Part shown: in pieces, positions 37,685 through 42,881 of the stretch
Layout: the number at the start of each line of letters is the position of its first letter
Position numbering within the stretch: the stretch's first letter is position 1
Virus record (IMG/VR): IMGVR_UViG_3300009472_000010
Coordinates: 1-42,881 of that record
Direction: 5' to 3' (one strand)
Source of the DNA: a virus
Lineage: Duplodnaviria; Caudoviricetes
DNA: 42,881 nt
Notes under the pieces: model-generated
What the model was told of the DNA's origin: nothing
Seen by the model: the letters and a program-made list of their open reading frames with translations, nothing else
The model's database searches: none
Made by a program: the position numbers and the translations under genes

Positions 37685-39877
37685 CTATTTAATATTTTTA
37701 AAACCAGACCTTCTTATTTTCTGACCACCTAATGTTCTCCTACGGCCTATATTTTTAAACGCACTGGTATACTTTAATTTACTTATTTTTTCTGAATTTA
37801 CCAAAGAATCACCTTCTGATTCACGCCTTTTGGCATAACCTCTATTAGATTGTTGTATTTTGACAAAAGCAACCAACGCTCCAAACGTAACTAACCTATC
37901 CACGTTAAGACCTGGATAATATGCTAACATTTCTTTTATAAGCATTGGATCTGGTATTCTTTCAACACCTAATGTTTGTGACATAACATTACCTTCATCA
38001 TCTAATTTTTCATCTATTGCTTCTCTTATAAATTCTATAGCATAAGAAATTAAATGGCTCTTAAATAACGTTCCTGTATTTTTCCAACCGTATTCTTGAT
38101 ATACTGTTCTGTTAGATCCTAAATCTTTTAAGAAAAGTATTTGTTGCTTTGGCACTAAATATCTTTGTTTTTTTCTTGCTATCATATGTTGAATAAATAA
38201 TGATATATTATTCTCAACAATAGTCCAAGCATTATACCACTCTATAATTAATTCAAGTCTTTCATGTGTTTTATTAATATCATCAAACCTTCCACACCAA
38301 GCAGCTACTATCTTATCTCCTTCTACAAATACCTCAGTATCACCTGATACGGTTGTTCTAGTTACCTCAGTAGCATTTTTATATATGAATATACTACACA
38401 AAGAATCAGATGTAGTTGTTTTACCTTCTGATACAGGGTCAATAGAACCATAGTATTGGCCAAATTCCGGACGTTTACTAGCAGGTCTTTCCCACACTAC
38501 TATAGTTCCAGTTTTATCTGTCATTTTTTTATTTACGGGGAATTCAGTAATTGGTGCCTTGTTAGTTCTTTTAGCCACTATACCTTCTTGATCTCTATCT
38601 AATTCAATTAGCTCATATGCATATTCTTTTTCTTCTATCTTTTTCATTTGTTTAGATAAAATACCTTGTGGAAATACAGAAGCTTTTCTATATGCAAATG
38701 CTTCTGCTATGTTTAAAGGTTTCTGAGATATTCTTAATTGATATTGTTCAGGTCCTAATTCTGCTTTCCATCTTTCTCTTTCTCTTACAATAGCCTCTAT
38801 AGCTTCCTCAATTTGTGAATTACCCCAGCTATCAATGTATGGTGGCATTGACCATTGCTCAGGAATAAATAATCCAGCCATTCCTATAGTGCCTTCTGCA
38901 TCTATAAGGTTAGTTTCTACTGCATATATATCATTGGCAGTAGGATTCATTATCATTTCTTTTAATGGGTTACATTGTTCTAAATCACCCACAGATCCTG
39001 CAGCAATAAACATACCTGTTGTCATCATACCTGAAGACATTGCAGGACGCAAGTACTCATACGTTTGCATCATCTTAGGGGCAATACCTGCTTCCTCATG
39101 AAAGAAATAAGTAGTAGGTCCACCTACACCAGATGTAGCATTCTTTTCAAATGATGCACCTTGTATCTTTGACTTTAATCCTCTAGATGTTTTTCTATTA
39201 CCTACTTTAACTTCTATTTGCTGTTGCCATAAAAGAACTTTCTCAGGATTACTTGGCCTATACCAAGCTGTATGTTCATTAAGAAAAGTTTTATATTCAT
39301 CTAAAAACTTCCAAGAACCTTTATCATTTATATAATCTTTTAATGATGCACCAATCTTACATGTACTACCTTCTTCAAACCAATAGGTATTTATAATCTT
39401 TCCCATATGAAAATATGAAGAAGCTATCTGACGTTTTTTAAGTATAGCTGAATGCTGATTGTTTAACTCTGCAAGTATTTCATACAATGCCATGTGATAT
39501 TGTGCATCACGTACTTTGGCAAACCCATATTTTTTTTCTTCTTTATCAAAGATTGGTAAAAAATTTAACCACATATAATAGTCTCTGGTAAGATACCAAA
39601 TCTTATTATTATTTTTATATATTACCCCTTCTCTACATTTATTTTTTTGGTCATCCCAGTATGCCATAAAATCCTTTGATCTAAAAGGAGAACTACAATA
39701 CAAACCTTCTTTATTAAATCTCCTTGCTTCAGCATTAAATATTAAACTTGTTTCATCAAATTCATACTTGCCAGGTTCTTTAAATATCTCAAAAATAAAC
39801 TCATGAAAATCTTCATCATTAGAAAATTCTGTAGATGTCCAATTATCATTTTCATATGTAGGTATAATCCTACTCAT
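37685..39877 (-). CDS. terL: Terminase large subunit
   Basis: KKRQIASS (Walker A variant), FFHEEAG (Walker B), YYGSIDP, VENN and NVDR nuclease motifs. Confidence 0.93.
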   Translation of the reverse strand: MSRIIPTYENDNWTSTEFSNDEDFHEFIFEIFKEPGKYEFDETSLIFNAEARRFNKEGLYCSSPFRSKDFMAYWDDQKNKCREGVIYKNNNKIWYLTRDYYMWLNFLPIFDKEEKKYGFAKVRDAQYHMALYEILAELNNQHSAILKKRQIASSYFHMGKIINTYWFEEGSTCKIGASLKDYINDKGSWKFLDEYKTFLNEHTAWYRPSNPEKVLLWQQQIEVKVGNRKTSRGLKSKIQGASFEKNATSGVGGPTTYFFHEEAGIAPKMMQTYEYLRPAMSSGMMTTGMFIAAGSVGDLEQCNPLKEMIMNPTANDIYAVETNLIDAEGTIGMAGLFIPEQWSMPPYIDSWGNSQIEEAIEAIVRERERWKAELGPEQYQLRISQKPLNIAEAFAYRKASVFPQGILSKQMKKIEEKEYAYELIELDRDQEGIVAKRTNKAPITEFPVNKKMTDKTGTIVVWERPASKRPEFGQYYGSIDPVSEGKTTTSDSLCSIFIYKNATEVTRTTVSGDTEVFVEGDKIVAAWCGRFDDINKTHERLELIIEWYNAWTIVENNISLFIQHMIARKKQRYLVPKQQILFLKDLGSNRTVYQEYGWKNTGTLFKSHLISYAIEFIREAIDEKLDDEGNVMSQTLGVERIPDPMLIKEMLAYYPGLNVDRLVTFGALVAFVKIQQSNRGYAKRRESEGDSLVNSEKISKLKYTSAFKNIGRRRTLGGQKIRRSGFKNIK

Positions 39878-40148
39878 CTCTTATGATGGCATATACATCA
39901 CCAAACTGTAACAACAAATGCTCTTCACCATTATGAGGCATTGGTGTTGGCATAGCATGATCTGCATAATGCACTACATCTCCTATTTGTATTTCTTCTA
40001 CTTGATCTCCTTTACCTACAACAACCCCTTGAAATGTCTTTTTCTGAGCCATTTCTGGTAAATATAATCCTGATGCTGTCTTAGTCTCAGGTTTAATTTC
40101 TTTAATTAACAGTTTTTTTCCAACTGGTATAATTACTTTGTTTTTCAT
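39870..40148 (-). CDS. groES: Co-chaperonin GroES (Cpn10)
   Basis: IPVGKKLLIK...KTASGLYLP...GVVVGKG...IQIGDVV...LLL...DVYAII. Confidence 0.92.
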   Translation of the reverse strand: MKNKVIIPVGKKLLIKEIKPETKTASGLYLPEMAQKKTFQGVVVGKGDQVEEIQIGDVVHYADHAMPTPMPHNGEEHLLLQFGDVYAIIRDE

Positions 40149-40167
40149 TTAATTAAATTTTATTGAT

Positions 40168-40686
40168 TTATAATTGATCATATGCCAATCCTGCACCACC
40201 ACGCACAGAACTCTCTTGTTCTTGTTGCATGTCTGTATATGCACCTTTGTATGATTGTCTAATTTGTTCAAACTTTGCAGCAGCATTTATCATAGAGTTC
40301 ATATTACCGTCTCTACCATGCTCAATAGGGGTTACCTCCATATACTGTGCTAATCTGTCTAACATGGCTTTAATGCCTACGTATGCCCTATATGTAGGAG
40401 TTTCATACATCTTCTTGCACATATCTAATGCATATCTTATTTTACCATCTTCAGGAGATTCTTCTAATCCTATTTCTTCTATTATAATATCTTCCTTCTC
40501 ATGTTCAGGCAAATTAAAAAACGGATTTAAATCAGGGTTAGGGCAAGACATATAAAAAATATATTGATATACCTGCATATTAGTATCAGGATATTCCGTC
40601 ATTATATTTTTTAAAAATGGTAATGAGTAACAATGTTCTGTTAATACTAATTTACTATTCTGTATATCAAATAATTTTACTATCAT
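40168..40686 (-). CDS. Conserved helical protein upstream of terminase (small-terminase candidate)
   Basis: YIFYM...NPF, YETPT.R, C-terminal VRGG; position near terL. Function is inferred. Confidence 0.45.
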   Translation of the reverse strand: MIVKLFDIQNSKLVLTEHCYSLPFLKNIMTEYPDTNMQVYQYIFYMSCPNPDLNPFFNLPEHEKEDIIIEEIGLEESPEDGKIRYALDMCKKMYETPTYRAYVGIKAMLDRLAQYMEVTPIEHGRDGNMNSMINAAAKFEQIRQSYKGAYTDMQQEQESSVRGGAGLAYDQL

Positions 40687-40937
40687 GCTTTTTTAGGTTT
40701 AGTTATTTCTTTCTTTAATTGATCATATGCCACTACAAGTATAATTGGTTTGCTTTGTCCAAACAATAATACTTCAGTATGTGTATTTTGAAACTTATCT
40801 GTTGCTACATGAAAGTATTCTTTAAACCATACTACTTTATCTAGATCTATACATATTTTTGTTTCTTCAAATCTAAAGTCTGTAGGTACTTTTGACTTTA
40901 ATGATTGTATTTCTACTGCTGCTATATATTCTTTCAT
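40683..40937 (-). CDS. Hypothetical protein
   Basis: Translationally coupled on both sides (ATGA and TAATG overlaps). Confidence 0.7.
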   Translation of the reverse strand: MKEYIAAVEIQSLKSKVPTDFRFEETKICIDLDKVVWFKEYFHVATDKFQNTHTEVLLFGQSKPIILVVAYDQLKKEITKPKKA

Positions 40938-41749
40938 TATTGATTATCTTTTAGCCACATTATTAAAGATCTAACTTCATCTTTTAAATATGGTAATTCA
41001 TACATTTTTATTGTATCTAATACTGGTTCACCATCAACATGTTCATTGATTGGATATCCATTTTTATCCTCACCTACTTGTTTAAACTTAACATGTTGTA
41101 TAATTAGTTTTCCAATCTTTAATTTAGGGTTATGCTTCTTAATAATATACGCATAAATACTCAATTGTAAGTTATAATGATTAAGGTTACAATCATCTAA
41201 ATGATTTACAGGCCTAAACATTTTATTAGTTATTCCTTCCCAATTAGTGAATCCTTTATCTTTAATTTCTTTATTTGTTTTGTAATCAGTTATGTTTATA
41301 TAACCATTTACAACTTCCACTAAATCAGCTTGACCACAAATAGCAGCAGACTTAAGATATACTAAATGTTCTGGATATACTCCTTCTTCTAATTTCTGCT
41401 CTGGTGCAATTTTTACTCCAGAGGTATCTACCAATGGTTTTATAATAGGCACTTCTGTTCCATACTTTTGAATTGTTTCAAACTCAAGTATATCTGCTTC
41501 TCTTTGATTATGATAAAAATTACCTAGCTTGATTGCTCTATCTGTCTCCCCATCCCATGCAGCTATTATTTCTTTGGGTGTCATACCATACCATTTTGAT
41601 CTTTTGTTCTTAGATGATTTAACTGCCTGACCATCTCTGTCAAACTTGGGTTTAAATTTTCCAACTAAAGAAGTAACACTTAACCAATCTATTTTATCTT
41701 GATCAATGCTTTCATATACGTGTCCTTCTTCTTTAAATAATATTGCCAT
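40937..41749 (-). CDS. PD-(D/E)XK (RecB/Cas4-like) nuclease
   Basis: H.Y...SVT, G..H, E, GQADLV, DYKT, YNLQLSIY. Confidence 0.85.
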   Translation of the reverse strand: MAILFKEEGHVYESIDQDKIDWLSVTSLVGKFKPKFDRDGQAVKSSKNKRSKWYGMTPKEIIAAWDGETDRAIKLGNFYHNQREADILEFETIQKYGTEVPIIKPLVDTSGVKIAPEQKLEEGVYPEHLVYLKSAAICGQADLVEVVNGYINITDYKTNKEIKDKGFTNWEGITNKMFRPVNHLDDCNLNHYNLQLSIYAYIIKKHNPKLKIGKLIIQHVKFKQVGEDKNGYPINEHVDGEPVLDTIKMYELPYLKDEVRSLIMWLKDNQ

Positions 41750-41931
41750 TAGTCTGTAATATTAGTAGTCCACATATTCCCATAAGGCATAGGTGTATGC
41801 ACTTCCTGTTCAGGTACATGAACGTTATAGATTATTGTTTTAGCAGGCTCCAACAATGTTATTGCTTCTTCTGCAGTTATTTGTTCTTCAGCTAGTAGTT
41901 CACCTACTATTTGAGCTTTAGTTAGTTTGTC
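41749..41931 (-). CDS. Small hypothetical protein
   Basis: MDKLTKAQIV..LL....ITAEEA..LL; fills the gap and is coupled to neighbours; exact start uncertain. Confidence 0.6.
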   Translation of the reverse strand, partial: DKLTKAQIVGELLAEEQITAEEAITLLEPAKTIIYNVHVPEQEVHTPMPYGNMWTTNITD

Positions 41932-42247
41932 CATTTTCAATTTGTTTATTAATTAATTCTTCTTGCTCTTCTGATGTTATTGCATGCCATTTTCCCTTTG
42001 GACAATCAGAAGATAATGATCTTACTTTAAATGCTAAACTACACCCACAATCTGAACAACAAGGTTGTGTTCCAGGTGCCATACATTTATCACCTCCTGC
42101 GTCAAATAAAATACAATTTAAACATGTCTGGAATCTTTTATCAGCTATTGCTTCAATATGCTCTTTCTTAAATATATTGTTTTTAATACCTTCTGCAATT
42201 TTATCTGCATTTTTAAAAACATCTAAATACTTTTTCCAGTTAGCCAT
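41918..42247 (-). CDS. Cys-rich, probably Zn-binding protein
   Basis: R...C..C...C......CC..CGC.L..K.R.....CP.GKW. Confidence 0.7.
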   Translation of the reverse strand: MANWKKYLDVFKNADKIAEGIKNNIFKKEHIEAIADKRFQTCLNCILFDAGGDKCMAPGTQPCCSDCGCSLAFKVRSLSSDCPKGKWHAITSEEQEELINKQIENGQTN

Positions 42248-42596
42248 TTTTTTTAAAATTTTCTTTTTTTAGCATATCATCATGGATTTGTTTCATTGCA
42301 CTTTCCATCTGCTCAATATTGGTTTTTATATCCTCACTTTTTGCATAACCATTGTAAGTTCTTTTAGCAATATTACCTAATAGACTTTTATTCTTTTTTA
42401 TTGCCTTGTTTAACTTAGATTTTCTTAACTCAAATGTTCCTAATCCCTCTACATAAACTCTTGGGAAACTTAAATCAGAAAGTTTTCTTCTTAACTTTGC
42501 ATAATAAAAAGTTATAAAATCTTCTACTACTTGAGGATGTACTTCAACTTCCTCAGCTATATTCTTTCTAAACTCCTTGTGTGACTTGGGATGCAT
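42240..42596 (-). CDS. HU/IHF-like DNA-binding protein
   Basis: IAEEVEV...VEDFI...RVYVEGLGTFEL resembles the HU fold. Confidence 0.65.
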   Translation of the reverse strand: MHPKSHKEFRKNIAEEVEVHPQVVEDFITFYYAKLRRKLSDLSFPRVYVEGLGTFELRKSKLNKAIKKNKSLLGNIAKRTYNGYAKSEDIKTNIEQMESAMKQIHDDMLKKENFKKNG

Positions 42597-42881
42597 TGCC
42601 TAAAATTTTATAATCAAGTAATACTAATCCTTCTGTCTGAATATTAATAGCTGGTTTAATGGTAATTGTTTTTTTATTATTCCCTTTTTTACTAAGCAAA
42701 CCTTTTCTTTCTGCCTTTGTTATTGCATTTCTAGCAGACTGAGGACTCTTAAAAATATTCATATTAACTAATGTTAAACAAAACTTAGTTAATTCAATAC
42801 TTGGAGTTTTAGATAGTTCACATAAAAACTTTAAATCAGAATTAGTTACTAATATATCATTAAAGAAACAATAAGTAAGTA
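42568..42881 (-). CDS. Putative winged-helix protein, start lies beyond the right edge
   Basis: The frame of the 64-aa track ORF stays open to the edge (LTYCFFNDILVTNSDLKFLCELSK...FKSPQSARNAITKAERKGLL); helix-turn-helix-wing pattern. Confidence 0.6.
   Translation of the reverse strand, partial: LTYCFFNDILVTNSDLKFLCELSKTPSIELTKFCLTLVNMNIFKSPQSARNAITKAERKGLLSKKGNNKKTITIKPAINIQTEGLVLLDYKILGNASQVTQGV

Noticed and set aside
34910-39877. Inteins or introns in terminase/portal
   Set aside because: ORFs are continuous and of ordinary length; no splicing or homing-endonuclease motifs seen.
2106-40555. All plus-strand ORFs (e.g. 19744..20433, 34350..34838, 17174..17596)
   Set aside because: Antisense shadows of well-supported minus-strand genes, with no recognisable motifs.
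40937-41749. Cas4 / CRISPR system
   Set aside because: No repeat-spacer array or other cas genes, and the four-Cys Fe-S pattern is absent.
1-42881. Genome-wide stop-codon reassignment
   Set aside because: Long genes are intact and densely packed under the standard code; only the terL-portal junction is noted.
1-42881. tRNA/rRNA genes
   Set aside because: Intergenic gaps are short and I found no cloverleaf or T-loop signature by eye.

Overview
Structural and packaging half of a crAss-like (Crassvirales-related) podovirus. The host is most likely an environmental Bacteroidota/Flavobacteriia member (inferred from gene set, gene order, low GC and SD-less leaders). All credible genes are on the minus strand and read in the standard code. 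From the right edge: wHTH, HU/IHF-like, Cys-rich, PD-(D/E)XK nuclease, putative terminase partner, GroES, large terminase, portal, scaffold-like, major capsid, ring/auxiliary-capsid/hub proteins, two paralogous tail fibres (one with an S74 chaperone) plus adhesin and chaperones, Cys-rich FN3/vWA proteins, metallophosphoesterase, IHF-like, tail ring/tubular proteins, a 2.1k-aa tail stabilisation (muzzle-like) protein with a vWA insertion, and two putative ejected cargo proteins. One cargo gene (<1..1749) is missing from the ORF track. Highlights: (1) the cargo proteins are strings of effector modules (zincin, ADP-ribosyltransferase-like, lysozyme-like) punctuated by a recurring K/A-x-x-G(G) linker; (2) an intergenic hairpin-plus-terminator element whose 12-nt loop is exactly antisense to an AAAACCAA(CAAA) motif found just upstream of several start codons; (3) a recurring TATATTA promoter-like motif coupled to terminators; (4) terminase and portal are in frame and separated only by two TAG codons. 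All family assignments come from recalled motifs and synteny; no searches were run.
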